Shown: positions 29,676 to 40,021 of the stretch, piece by piece
Layout: each line of letters begins with the position of its first letter
Position numbering within the stretch: the first letter of the stretch is position 1
Translations under genes and position numbers: made by a program
NCBI GenBank assembly: GCA_036679605.1
Contig: JAZDCZ010000409.1
Location: 1 to 64,000 of the forward strand
DNA length: 64,000 nt
DNA from: Gemmatimonadota bacterium
GTDB lineage: Bacteria > Gemmatimonadota > Gemmatimonadetes > Gemmatimonadales > GWC2-71-9
Direction: 5' to 3'
The notes under the pieces: model-generated
What the model saw: the letters and a program-made list of their open reading frames with translations, nothing else
The model's database searches: none
Told to the model about the DNA's origin: nothing

Positions 29676-31817
29676 TTACGAGAACGCGCGAACGCCACGT
29701 CTACGGTCGGACCTGCGTTGCAGAAAGCCGATGATGCCCTTACGCAGTGACCCCACGAATCGGTCCCACATGTTGGGATTGAATATGATGTCGGCCCGGT
29801 AGAACGAGGGACAAAGAACGGCGGCATGAGCCACCGAACCGCACACCCCACAACCAACGCAACTATTATCTACATAGACCACCGGATCTTCTCGTAACGG
29901 ATCCGGATTCGGTTTGATCGTTAGGGACGGACAGCCGGATAGCCTGACGCAAGAGTGATCACCAGTACACGTGTCGCCATCGACACCAAAGCGTTCCTTA
30001 ACCACCCGTTTCCCATCGTCGATCATCTTGGCGGTCAGCGGTTTCACGCGGCGTTGGCGGTTCAACTGGCACTCGCCCTCTGCGACGATGATCTTGGGTC
30101 CTCGCGAACGGGTCGTCATGGCCTCGCGCAAAGTATTGAGCATCTTTGCGATGTTGTAGGTCCGCACAGTCCGAACCCAATCGACCCCCACGCCACGCAC
30201 CGCTTTCTGGATCGACCGCCGCGCCGAGCGCGTTGCAATGTTGGCCCGTGAGGACGGAATGTATTGCCCACCGGTCGCTGCCGAATAATTGTTGTCCACA
30301 ATGACGATCACCCCGTCGTCCTGATTGAAAACGGCGTTGGTAACGCCACTGCTGAGCCCATTGTGCCAGAAGCCACCGTCACCCATCACCGTGAGGGAGC
30401 GGTGCTCCGTCGATGACCCAAAGGCCGAAGCCGCCGCCGGGCCCAGGCCATAGCCCATGATCGAATTGCCGAGGTTAAACGGGGGCAGCGTCGCGAACGA
30501 GTGGCAGCCGATATCGGCACTGATGTGAACGGGGCCGAGTTCCCTCTCCAGCAATTTCACCGCAGTAAACAGCGGTCGCTCGGGGCACCCGGTGCAGAGT
30601 CCGGGCGGCCTCGGCGGAATCGTCTTCTGCAGCTCAGTATCGGGGGCGGAAACGGTCACCTTCCGCCTGGCACGCTCCTCGATCAACCCAGGCGTCCAGC
30701 TCTCTACAAAATTACGGATACCATCGAGAACGACTGCGCCGGTGTATTCACCCGCCATCGGCAGCACGCCTTTGCCAACGATTTTCGTTCTCAGATCTAC
30801 CCTGTTGAGATACTGGTTGAGCGCTTGCTCGATGAAATCTGGTTGGCCCTCCTCAACCATGAGCACTGCCCGCTTGTCGGCACAGAACCGCGTTATCTCC
30901 CGCTCAACTAGCGGGTAGGTAACGTTGAGCACATAGAGTGGCACGCGACCGACGCCGAAACTGTCAGAGAGTCCCAGAAGCTCCAACGCCCGCACGACGA
31001 AGTTGTACATTCCGCCTTGCAGAATGATGCCGATATCCTTCACATCACCGTCGAAGAATTCATTCAGGGTATGTTCCTCTATGAAGTCGACGGCGGCCGG
31101 CCAGCGCCGCTCGACCTTGTCCTTCTCCTGCATGAACGTGAACGGCGGCAGGATGATCTTATCTGCCGCGCGGCTGGGTTGCTCGAGTGCCTCCTGAACG
31201 GTGAGTGGAGGGCTCTTATTGTCCTTGGCAACGAAGTGGCCGGACACGTGACACGCCCGAACCCGCATTTCGAGCATTACCGGCGTATTGCTGCACTCCG
31301 ACAGCGCGAAGCCCACCTCCACCGCGCGGGTCAGGCTTGGGAGGTTGGGTCGCGGATCCAGCAGCCACATTTGTGATTTCATGGCGAACGCATGTGTGCG
31401 TTCTTGCATGATACTGGCCCCTTCACCGTAGTCCTCGCCCAATATGATCAATGCACCACCCTGAACGCCGGCAGAGGCAAGGTTACTGAGCGCGTCCGAG
31501 GCGACATTCGTGCCGACGGTCGATTTCCATGTCACGGCACCGCGCAGAGGATAGTTGATCGACGCCGCCAGCATTGCGGCTGCACTGGCTTCACTGGCAG
31601 AAACTTCGAAGTGAACACCGAGTTCATCGAGAATTTCTTGGGCATCACCGAACACATCGATCAGGTGCGAGATTGGCGCACCTTGATAGCCGCCTACGTA
31701 GGCGACCCCGGACTGGAGCAGTGCTTTCGTTACGGCGAGAATCCCCTCACCACGAAAAACGTCCCCCTCACCAAGTTTCAGAGACTGCACTTCCTTAGCG
31801 AATGATCGCTCGGCCAT
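29676..31817 (-). CDS. iorA: Indolepyruvate ferredoxin oxidoreductase alpha subunit
   Basis: GYQGAP, RPPGLCTGCPER, DIGCH, MGDGGFWHNG, ferredoxin-type Cys motifs. Confidence 0.9.
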   Translation of the reverse strand: MAERSFAKEVQSLKLGEGDVFRGEGILAVTKALLQSGVAYVGGYQGAPISHLIDVFGDAQEILDELGVHFEVSASEASAAAMLAASINYPLRGAVTWKSTVGTNVASDALSNLASAGVQGGALIILGEDYGEGASIMQERTHAFAMKSQMWLLDPRPNLPSLTRAVEVGFALSECSNTPVMLEMRVRACHVSGHFVAKDNKSPPLTVQEALEQPSRAADKIILPPFTFMQEKDKVERRWPAAVDFIEEHTLNEFFDGDVKDIGIILQGGMYNFVVRALELLGLSDSFGVGRVPLYVLNVTYPLVEREITRFCADKRAVLMVEEGQPDFIEQALNQYLNRVDLRTKIVGKGVLPMAGEYTGAVVLDGIRNFVESWTPGLIEERARRKVTVSAPDTELQKTIPPRPPGLCTGCPERPLFTAVKLLERELGPVHISADIGCHSFATLPPFNLGNSIMGYGLGPAAASAFGSSTEHRSLTVMGDGGFWHNGLSSGVTNAVFNQDDGVIVIVDNNYSAATGGQYIPSSRANIATRSARRSIQKAVRGVGVDWVRTVRTYNIAKMLNTLREAMTTRSRGPKIIVAEGECQLNRQRRVKPLTAKMIDDGKRVVKERFGVDGDTCTGDHSCVRLSGCPSLTIKPNPDPLREDPVVYVDNSCVGCGVCGSVAHAAVLCPSFYRADIIFNPNMWDRFVGSLRKGIIGFLQRRSDRRRGVRAFS

Positions 31818-31866
31818 GACAATCCTCGGTTATAAGACGATGAGCCCGACCCTCATTGCTTTTCGT

Positions 31867-32658
31867 TCAACCCGCCGGAGCCAACGCCAACACACGCAGC
31901 GGGCTGCCGGAACCGTTGACGATCTTGAGTGGTGCTGCAATGACCACGGCACCCGTCGGCGGCAGTTGATCTAAATTCGCGAGACTCGCGAGGCCAAACT
32001 TGTTCGCACCGTGCATCAGCGTGTGGCACGGGAATGCCGGCTCAAAGCCAAACGCCTGCCCCGCGTCTGTGCCGACGCACTCGTTGCCAAATCCCAGCAC
32101 GTCCCGCTCCTCGATCAAGAACCGAACCGCGGCCGTGTCGGGCCCCGGCGAATGCGGACCGTCCTCGCCCGCGTTCAGAAACTCATCTGCACCAGTACGC
32201 TTCGACCAGTTTGTGCAGAGCAGCACCCATGCCCCTGCCGGGATCCGGCCATGCTCCTTCTCCCAGGATTCCAAGCGCTCGGGAGTGAGAAGAAGATCAG
32301 GATCGGCAGCGACCTCATCGATTACGTCGATGACGCATGCGGGTCCGATGAAACGCTGCGACAAGATATTGTCGGTCCGGTTGTTGTCATGGTCCTTTCC
32401 AGTCACCCAATGGACCGGCGCATCGAAATGCGTGCCAGTGTGTTCACCGCAGGCGAACGCGCTCCAATACCAACCCGGACCGCGATCGTCATAGTGCGAC
32501 AATTCGTTGATTGTAAACGGCGGCGACGCCGCAAACTCCGGTGGCAACTGTATGACCGGTGTGTCGGGAGAAAGAGGTTGTGTTAGATCGACCACTCTGA
32601 GTCGCCCACTCGCGAGGTCTACAATTAGTGTAGCGAGGGTGTCGTTGTTCGACATCAT
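31867..32658 (-). CDS. Cyclase-family hydrolase, isatin-hydrolase-like
   Basis: GEHTGTHFDAPVHW, GPHSPGP, GTDAGQA, GSGSPLR. Confidence 0.85.
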   Translation of the reverse strand: MMSNNDTLATLIVDLASGRLRVVDLTQPLSPDTPVIQLPPEFAASPPFTINELSHYDDRGPGWYWSAFACGEHTGTHFDAPVHWVTGKDHDNNRTDNILSQRFIGPACVIDVIDEVAADPDLLLTPERLESWEKEHGRIPAGAWVLLCTNWSKRTGADEFLNAGEDGPHSPGPDTAAVRFLIEERDVLGFGNECVGTDAGQAFGFEPAFPCHTLMHGANKFGLASLANLDQLPPTGAVVIAAPLKIVNGSGSPLRVLALAPAG

Positions 32659-32698
32659 TGATTCGCTCCGCTCTCGAGTCCACTTGAAGCCATGGTGA

Positions 32699-33832
32699 TC
32701 ACCGCAGGTACCGCCGGTGGCGCGTTAGGCTATCGAGCAACCGCTCGATGTCCTCCAAGTCGTTATAGAAGTGTGGTGATATCCTTAAGTTACCGTCGCG
32801 GTAGGAAGTCACAATGTTATCTTCTGCCAGCGCCCCTACGATCGCCTGTTGGTCGCTCGCCTTGATCGCAATCATGGCACCGTGAGCATCGTCTTCGGCA
32901 GGGGTGGCGAGCACCAGTCCTTGGGTCTGGACACCCTCTTTTATCGCCCTCGTAAGTCGGGAAATATCGGCCTCGATCTTCTCCACTCCCGTTGACTGGA
33001 TCAAGCCTACGCCGGCCAGTGCCGCGTACACGTTGGCCACCGGTGGCGTGCCCGACTCGAACCTTCGGGCGGTGGGCGACGGATCGTTCTGGTGAATATC
33101 CATGGCAAAGATATCGCGCTGTGCAAACCAGCCGGAATGAGTCGGCGTCAGCTGTTCGATGAGGTTCTGCCGCACATACAGCATCGCCGTGCCGGCAGAA
33201 CTCAGCAGATACTTGAGAGTGCCTCCCACCAGGAAATCGACATCCAGCCCCTTCACATCAATCGGAAACGTACCGAGCGCCTGATAGGCATCCAGCATCA
33301 CGAGTGCGCCGTGATCGTGCGCAAGATCGACAATCGGACGCACATCCTGCTTCGACCCGTTGCGGTAACACACCGACGCTATGGATACGAGCACAGTCCT
33401 GTCATCTATTATCTGCGCGTAGTCTTCGAATGGGATGCGTCCATCACATTCGGGCACGTGGCAAATCTCTGCACCTCTGCACTGTTGCGCATGCCAGATC
33501 TGGGCTACGGTGGGAAACTCCAAATCACTTATGACGATCTTATTGCGCTCACCTGAAAACTCGAGCGCACTTGCTAAGGCATTGACTCCGCCGGAGGCAC
33601 AGAAGGTTACGGCCACCTCATCCGGCCGAGCATTGATGAGACTCGCGAACGCTACTCGGGCCGATTCGTAGAGTTCGACCCATCGATCCCAATCGGAGCC
33701 GGCCTCGTTCCAATCGTCCAGATACTGCCGGTAGGCATCACGTACGTCTATAGACAGCGCTCCGTAAGAACAACTGTTGAGATAGGCCTTGTTTTCGAAA
33801 ATCGGAAAGCGCGATCGAATGGACATGTTCAA
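32699..33832 (-). CDS. Class V PLP-dependent enzyme (kynureninase/desulfurase-like fold)
   Basis: YLNSCSYG, LDAYQ, GGTLKYL, RRFESGT, RISPHFYN. Confidence 0.88.
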   Translation of the reverse strand: MNMSIRSRFPIFENKAYLNSCSYGALSIDVRDAYRQYLDDWNEAGSDWDRWVELYESARVAFASLINARPDEVAVTFCASGGVNALASALEFSGERNKIVISDLEFPTVAQIWHAQQCRGAEICHVPECDGRIPFEDYAQIIDDRTVLVSIASVCYRNGSKQDVRPIVDLAHDHGALVMLDAYQALGTFPIDVKGLDVDFLVGGTLKYLLSSAGTAMLYVRQNLIEQLTPTHSGWFAQRDIFAMDIHQNDPSPTARRFESGTPPVANVYAALAGVGLIQSTGVEKIEADISRLTRAIKEGVQTQGLVLATPAEDDAHGAMIAIKASDQQAIVGALAEDNIVTSYRDGNLRISPHFYNDLEDIERLLDSLTRHRRYLR

Positions 33833-33853
33833 TCAGTTCTGAAAAACCCGATG

Positions 33854-34213
33854 CTAATCGAGTTCCACGAGTCCAATCGTGTCCGGCTTGTTAGGTACGA
33901 TGCAAATAAACTCGAACGGCTCCTCCCCTGTCGGGTTGTACCAGTGCGCGACACCCGCGGGAATGTATACTACATCGTCTTTCTTGACTTCGATGATATC
34001 GTCACCGATGCCGATCTGTGCCTTGCCACGGAGCACATATTGCTCGTGCTCCACGGTGTTGGTGTGTGGTGGCATACTCCCACCAGGTTCGATTGTGAAC
34101 TTGCGCATAGAAAAATTGGGAGCCTCGTCCGCACCTACGAGTACCTGGCGGGTGATCCCTATACCGACCTCCACCGGTTCCGCAGCAATCTCGCGTGCTT
34201 GTTTTACCGTCAC
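33854..34213 (-). CDS. Cupin-domain protein
   Basis: PPHTNTVEHEQYVLRG, YIPAGVAHWY. Confidence 0.88.
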   Translation of the reverse strand: MTVKQAREIAAEPVEVGIGITRQVLVGADEAPNFSMRKFTIEPGGSMPPHTNTVEHEQYVLRGKAQIGIGDDIIEVKKDDVVYIPAGVAHWYNPTGEEPFEFICIVPNKPDTIGLVELD

Positions 34214-34865
34214 TTAGGACCTCCAATTAGGATCGATCAAGATACCCATAATATAAAATGTCGGACTGCTCTCAATCTGACGATGTGGATATTAGCGACT
34301 TCAGCTTGGCACCGATTGTCACGCCTAGGGCCCTCCTCCATGGTCAAACTCCTTACGACGAGGTTGGACAGCCTCCACATATCCCGATGAGGCACACAGA
34401 TTTGATACCTTGGGCAGGATTTGGATACTCGGCCTTGCCGAGCTTATCTTATCTTGTCACCGAAGTGGCTCGGTGCCCAAGGCTTGCAAAGGGGGTCCGT
34501 TCAAATGGTTTGGAATCCACTCCATGCACTGGCGTTTACTTTGGTGAGGCTGCACATTTAGTCCTACCCAGTATCGCACTTGTGGGGTCCACCCAATTGA
34601 TCGAGAAGCTTGATCAGGCCCATGGCACCATCGAAGAGATGAGCGGCTCCTAGGCCTGGAAGAAAACAACTAAGACCAAGATGGAGAAGCCGTTATGAGG
34701 AAGATGTACTGCCCCAACTGCGGTGGCGAACGCACCGACGGTTCCATGCCTGAGATTCCCTGCGACACATGCGATTTGGCGATGCCGCGCATCGGTGAGC
34801 CGTGCGTGTGTGAAAAAAAGGATTCGGGTGTGAGGCCGTCCAGTGATCACGCCCCAAGACCTTCG

Positions 34866-35687
34866 TCAGGCTAGGTCGTACCGCGATTGTGGTAGCATGA
34901 CAGAGAGACCGATCATGGCAAGGAGCGCCAGGTTGGGAAACAGAAACGGCGTGAAGATCGGAGCGCCGTAAAGAAAATTCTCCCACAGCCCGCCAGGTCC
35001 TGTGAGATTGGCCTGCAAGTGAAAGAAGAACCCAAGCACTCCCACCGCTACTTGGATGGCGAGCACGCCTAGGCAGATCTTTAGAAAGCGCGGGTTCGCC
35101 GGGCTCGCCACCGCGACGAGCAGGGCACCGATCGCGTAGGCGCTGGCAACTACTGGAATCCATTCAGCGAACTCGAAGAAACCGTTCTGTGCATGATCCA
35201 GTAAGGACAGCACGAAGTTCCCAACAAACCCTGCCAGCGCGAGAAACACCACCCATTGTCCCCATGCCAGTGACGAGTGCTTTTCCATTCGGTTGAGCAA
35301 GACTAGCAGGCCGAGTCCTGCGTACGAGAGTGGCGCAGCAAACGGCGCCATATAAACAAGGTTACGGATGGTCTGGTTCTGGAAGAAGTGGCTGTCCAGA
35401 TGAAGCAACATCCCAATCACTCCCACGCCGATACCCGCCCAACCCACGATGCCGCCAATTCGTGTCGGGACCCACTCCACCGCGCCAACGATAGCGCGCA
35501 GGGTTCCGGGCACTAGGATCACCGTCGCGACTATCGAGAACCCGAACGGGATCCACTCAGCCCAGTGGCGGAACGAATTGATCGAGTGAGCGATGTAGAT
35601 GTCCACGGCCAGAAATGCGAAGTTCGCGGTGACGAAGGCCTCGAGGAACACCGCCGGGTCCTTCAGCCGCATTGGGCGCAGCGTCAC
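34866..35687 (-). CDS. Membrane protein with internal duplication, coupled to multiheme cytochrome
   Basis: Two repeats of H-x-x-N-x-F..AEWIP..G..H..AP; 4-nt overlap with upstream gene. Confidence 0.75.
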   Translation of the reverse strand: MTLRPMRLKDPAVFLEAFVTANFAFLAVDIYIAHSINSFRHWAEWIPFGFSIVATVILVPGTLRAIVGAVEWVPTRIGGIVGWAGIGVGVIGMLLHLDSHFFQNQTIRNLVYMAPFAAPLSYAGLGLLVLLNRMEKHSSLAWGQWVVFLALAGFVGNFVLSLLDHAQNGFFEFAEWIPVVASAYAIGALLVAVASPANPRFLKICLGVLAIQVAVGVLGFFFHLQANLTGPGGLWENFLYGAPIFTPFLFPNLALLAMIGLSVMLPQSRYDLA

Positions 35688-36919
35688 TGCCGAGGTCCGC
35701 GCCGGCGCAAGTCGGCCGCGATCTCCTCCAATTCACTGAGCTTCAAGAGCAACTCGTAATTGCCATGCCACTGCACGAAGTCGGGACCACCCATGAACGC
35801 CCCGTGCTTGGTCGTTCGGCCATAATAGTGCCAAATGTCGAACGCTAGAAACTTGATGGGTGCGTCAAACGGCACACCGCTGATCAGTCCAGCAGACCGC
35901 AGTTCGCTCATGATGTCCAGGCTCTTCTGCACCTTGTCGTTGGTTGATTCGACCACCTCCTCCGCTGCCGCGTAGAACGCCTCGATCCGCGGTTTCGCGT
36001 GACACTTCATGCAGACCTCTTGCATTTCGGTCTGGCCTCTGGCATAAGTGGGGCGCTTCTCCGAGATAGCGGCAAACAACCAGTACGAGAGCCGCTCGGT
36101 CACGTCATGGGTGAACTTCATCCCTTCCAATCCACTCATATGGCAGGTTGCACAAGTCGGTACGGGCATGTCTGCGGTCGTCAGATTTCTCGGATCGGCT
36201 TTCAGGTTCAATGACGCGCGCTGCGAGTTGAAAAGCACCCCGTGCTTCGACTCATTGTATATCTCTACCTGCGAGTGGTCCGGCCCCATATGGCACTGGC
36301 CACAGGTGGCCGGTTCACGAGCCAAGGCAACTGACGAGATATGGGCCGCGTGGCACTCGGTACAATTTCCTATCGAGCCGTCGTCATTCGGCTGCCCAAT
36401 ATCGTGGCACGCCTGACAGCCAGACTCGGCGGCGCCCGCTCCCTCCAACCTGGCCAGCGCATTGGCCGGTCGTTGTACGGCACCGGGATGAAACCTCTCG
36501 GCGAAGTCGATCATCTCCTGCGTGAAATCCTGACTTCCCCGAACGGCGGCCCACGCGGGCGCTCCGTGACGGCTGCGAACAAACTGATCGTATTGCGTCG
36601 AATGGCATTGTTCGCAACTCTGGGCCGTCGACATCTTCGCGATCGTAAAGCCCCGATGGTCCAGCGCCTCCTGCCCTTCCAACACCTGATGGCAGTCCAA
36701 ACAGGTCACTCCCTTGCCGGCATGCACGCTCCGCTCGAACTGATGGACGATAGCTCCGGTTTCTTTTGCATGGCATTCGGCACATTTACCGGTCGCTCGT
36801 ACGAATTGAGCATTCGGCTGAGCGGTATCTCTCGTGGGACGTGCCCGATTCAGGAGGAGCGCCGATACTACCAGCGCGGTACCAATAACGACGGCTATGA
36901 AAACAGATCGGAACTGCAT
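35684..36919 (-). CDS. Octaheme cytochrome c, hydroxylamine-oxidoreductase-like
   Basis: 8 CxxCH motifs, CHMGPDH, YNESKHG; N-terminal TM anchor; GGAG RBS. Confidence 0.88.
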   Translation of the reverse strand: MQFRSVFIAVVIGTALVVSALLLNRARPTRDTAQPNAQFVRATGKCAECHAKETGAIVHQFERSVHAGKGVTCLDCHQVLEGQEALDHRGFTIAKMSTAQSCEQCHSTQYDQFVRSRHGAPAWAAVRGSQDFTQEMIDFAERFHPGAVQRPANALARLEGAGAAESGCQACHDIGQPNDDGSIGNCTECHAAHISSVALAREPATCGQCHMGPDHSQVEIYNESKHGVLFNSQRASLNLKADPRNLTTADMPVPTCATCHMSGLEGMKFTHDVTERLSYWLFAAISEKRPTYARGQTEMQEVCMKCHAKPRIEAFYAAAEEVVESTNDKVQKSLDIMSELRSAGLISGVPFDAPIKFLAFDIWHYYGRTTKHGAFMGGPDFVQWHGNYELLLKLSELEEIAADLRRRGPRQ

Positions 36920-37117
36920 CCAAGGTCTCCTGGTCGAGGGATGACACCCAACAGTCTTGGCCTGACTATGCAATTACAAGATGGTACACGGTCGGCGATA
37001 GCGCGAGCATCCAAGGTCTTGTCAGGAGGGCTCGACAGCGCCAATATCTCAGAACATACTTTGGACCTCGGCAAATCAAGTTCCTATCGAAAACGAGCCC
37101 CATGCAAACGCCTACGC

Positions 37118-39963
37118 ATGACTGACCAAGTAGAACGCCTCAGGGCAGCTCTGGCTGACCGATACCGGATCGAGCACGAGCTGGGCAGTGGTGGGATGGC
37201 CACTGTATATCTCGCAGAGGACCTGAAGCTCCGCCGCAAAGTTGCTGTAAAGGTGCTGCGACCCGACCTGGCAGCGACGCTCGGTTCGGAGCGGTTCATC
37301 CGCGAAATTGAGGTTGCTGCCAAGCTCCATCACCCCCATATCTTGCCACTCCATGATTCGGGAGAGGCCGATGGGTTTCTCTACTATGTGATGCCCTACG
37401 AAGAAGGCGAATCGCTGCGAGAAAAGCTGACGAAGGAGGGCGAGCTACCCATCATGGAGGCTGTGAGCCTCCTCAGGGATGTGGTGGATGCGCTAGCCCA
37501 CGCGCACGAGCACGGGGTGGTGCACCGTGACATCAAGCCGGACAACGTCATGGTGGCGGGGCGGCATGCATTGGTGACGGATTTCGGCATCGCGAAGGCG
37601 GTGACCGAAGCAACCGGACGCCAGCAACTCACCACCGTGGGCGTTGCACTCGGCACGCCTCTCTATATGGCGCCGGAGCAGGCGTCAGGTGATCCGAACA
37701 TCGACCATCGGGTGGACATCTATGCCGTAGGTGTACTGGCCTACGAACTGCTGACGGGACGGCCGCCCTTCACCGGCACCACACCACAGATGGTGCTCTC
37801 CGCACACATCACGGAAGCACCTGAACCGATAACGAAGTACCGAGAGACTGTACCGCCCGCGCTGGCGCTGCTGGTGATGCGGTGCTTGGAGAAGAAGCCC
37901 GCCGACCGGTGGCAGAGTGCTGAAGAGTTGCTGTCACAACTTGGAGCGCTGGCGACGCCGAGCGGCGGGATCACACCGGCGCAAGGAGTGGCGCCTACGC
38001 GTCCCGTATCGCGGAAGCGTTGGTATACGGCCGGTGCAGTTTTGTTCGGAGTAATCCTCGTCACGGCGTTTGCGACGTCTCGATTCGTGAAGGTCGGCGG
38101 CTCGGGCACGCTCATTGGACAGAATGTATTAGCCGAGCACGATCTGATTCTCGTGGCGGAGTTCGAGAATCGCACGGCCGATTCACTGCTTGGTGCGACC
38201 GTCACGGACGCAATTCGGGTCGAGTTGCAGCAGTCGCCGGTAGTGGCGGTGATGGGGCAGCAAAGCATGTGGGATGGGATGCGACGCATGGGACTGGAAC
38301 CGGGGGCGGAACTGCCGGGCGATCAGGTCCGCGACCTGGCCGAGAGAGAGAATGCCAAAGCCTATGTGATCGGTGACGTCGGTCGGCTTGGCGCCGGGTA
38401 CCAACTCACGGCGCGCGTGGTTGCCACGGCCGGCGGGAGCGAAGCGCTGACGGTACGAACGACTGCGCCCGACGACGCCGGACTCATCGGAGCTGTCGAG
38501 GACCTCGGCAGGCAGCTCCGTCGAGATATCGGTGAATCACTGCGAACCGTGCGAGCAGCGCCGCCGCTGGCTCGGGTCACCACAGCCTCTCTTCCTGCGC
38601 TCCGCGCCCACATGGCTGGAGTGCGGGCGGCGAACGACGGGGACTTCAGCCGCGCGATCGCGCTGCTGCAGGAGGCCGTCAGCTTGGATACCACCTTCGC
38701 CGCAGCTTGGACCTCACTATCGGCCATCTATACCAATCAGAATCGGTACAACCTGGCCATGGGGGCGCTGGCTCGCGCGTTCGCGTTTCGCGACAGGCTT
38801 ACCGAATTGGAACGGCTCGGTGTCACTGCGTCATATCACCTGAGTCGGCGTGAGTTCACCGAGGCCGAGGCGGCGTACATCCGACTCTCCGAATTGCAGC
38901 CCGAATTAGGGCCTCCCGCGGCCTACGCGGAACTCCTGCTCCAATCCGGTCGCTTGACCGAAGCCGAAGCGATCTCACTGCAGACGATCGAGGCACAACC
39001 ACAAGTCGCTGTGCCGTACTGGAACGCGGTGGAGGCGCAAGTGGCGCAGCGGCGATTCCACGCCGGCGATTCCACGCGGCCGACTCGACGCTGGCAGTGA
39101 TGGCTCGCCACCTACCCGGCCACCCATGGCTGGGGGATCTCAAGAACCGCGTGAACTTCGCCGAACGCGACTTCGACAAGGCCGAGGCGTTTTGGGATGC
39201 CGTGGAGGCACGGGGGTTCGACGGGCCCCCGGGTTACTCGCAATCGCAACGCTGCGCCATAGCAGGGTACCGTGGCCGGATGGCCGAGATGGAAAAGTGT
39301 TTGCCCCAAGGGAGGTCCGGGAGCTTCGAGATGGCGCTCGCCGCCGTGCGGTTTACCGGGGACACTGCCTCGGCCGGCGGGCGACCGATCGACGTCGATA
39401 CACTGCTGGCAACTGAGGGCGTTCCGTCACGGGTGGTTGGTCAGGTCATTCTCGGTCTCGCGGAGATCGGGCGCATGTCTGATGCGCGCCGGCTCATGGA
39501 CGGGTGGCGTGAACGCTATGGTCCCGAGGATCTCGGGTACCGTGTCTATGTCGGGATGGCCGCCGGAGCGATCGCCCTGGCCGAAGGCGACCCGGATAGT
39601 GCCGCGTCGGCGTTCCTTGCCTACAACCAGTCGGGATACGTAGGGGCAGAGCACGTCTACAACCGTGGGCTTCCCGAGGCAGCAAACGCAATAGATGTGG
39701 CCGGCCAGCCGGACTCGGCCATCGCGCTCTACGAACGCGCGCTCGCGTCACCGTCGGTGTTCGGGAACTTATACGAACTCACTTGGTATCCGCTGGCCCT
39801 CCACCGCCTTGGCGAACTGCACGAATCGCTGGGACATCGGGATGAGGCCATCGACTATTATCAGCGCTTCATCGAGCTGTGGAATGAGGCCGATCCCGAA
39901 CTCCAGCCACAGGTGAAGGCCGCTCGGGACCGACTTACTGGGCTTGTTGGGGAGCGTCGCTAG
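37118..39963 (+). pseudogene. Ser/Thr kinase-TM-TPR gene split by frameshift (ORFs 37118-39100 and 39097-39963)
   Basis: LGSGGMATVY, HRDIKPDN, DFG, YMAPEQ; 14-bp tandem duplication shifts frame. Confidence 0.85.
39050..39077 (+). repeat. 14-bp perfect tandem duplication (CGGCGATTCCACGC)x2
   Basis: Read directly from sequence. Confidence 0.95.
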
Positions 39964-40021
39964 ACGAAATCCCGACTGGGCCCGGGGACCGCCGGCATCT
40001 ACCTTTTGATCGCATGATTTT

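Noticed and set aside
34258..34850. Short ORFs between the cupin and membrane genes
   Set aside because: No recognisable motifs or RBS; may be decayed remnants but cannot be supported.
36341..37117. 259-aa N-terminal extension of the kinase ORF
   Set aside because: Mostly the antisense shadow of the cytochrome gene; the kinase-like sequence begins at ATG 37118.
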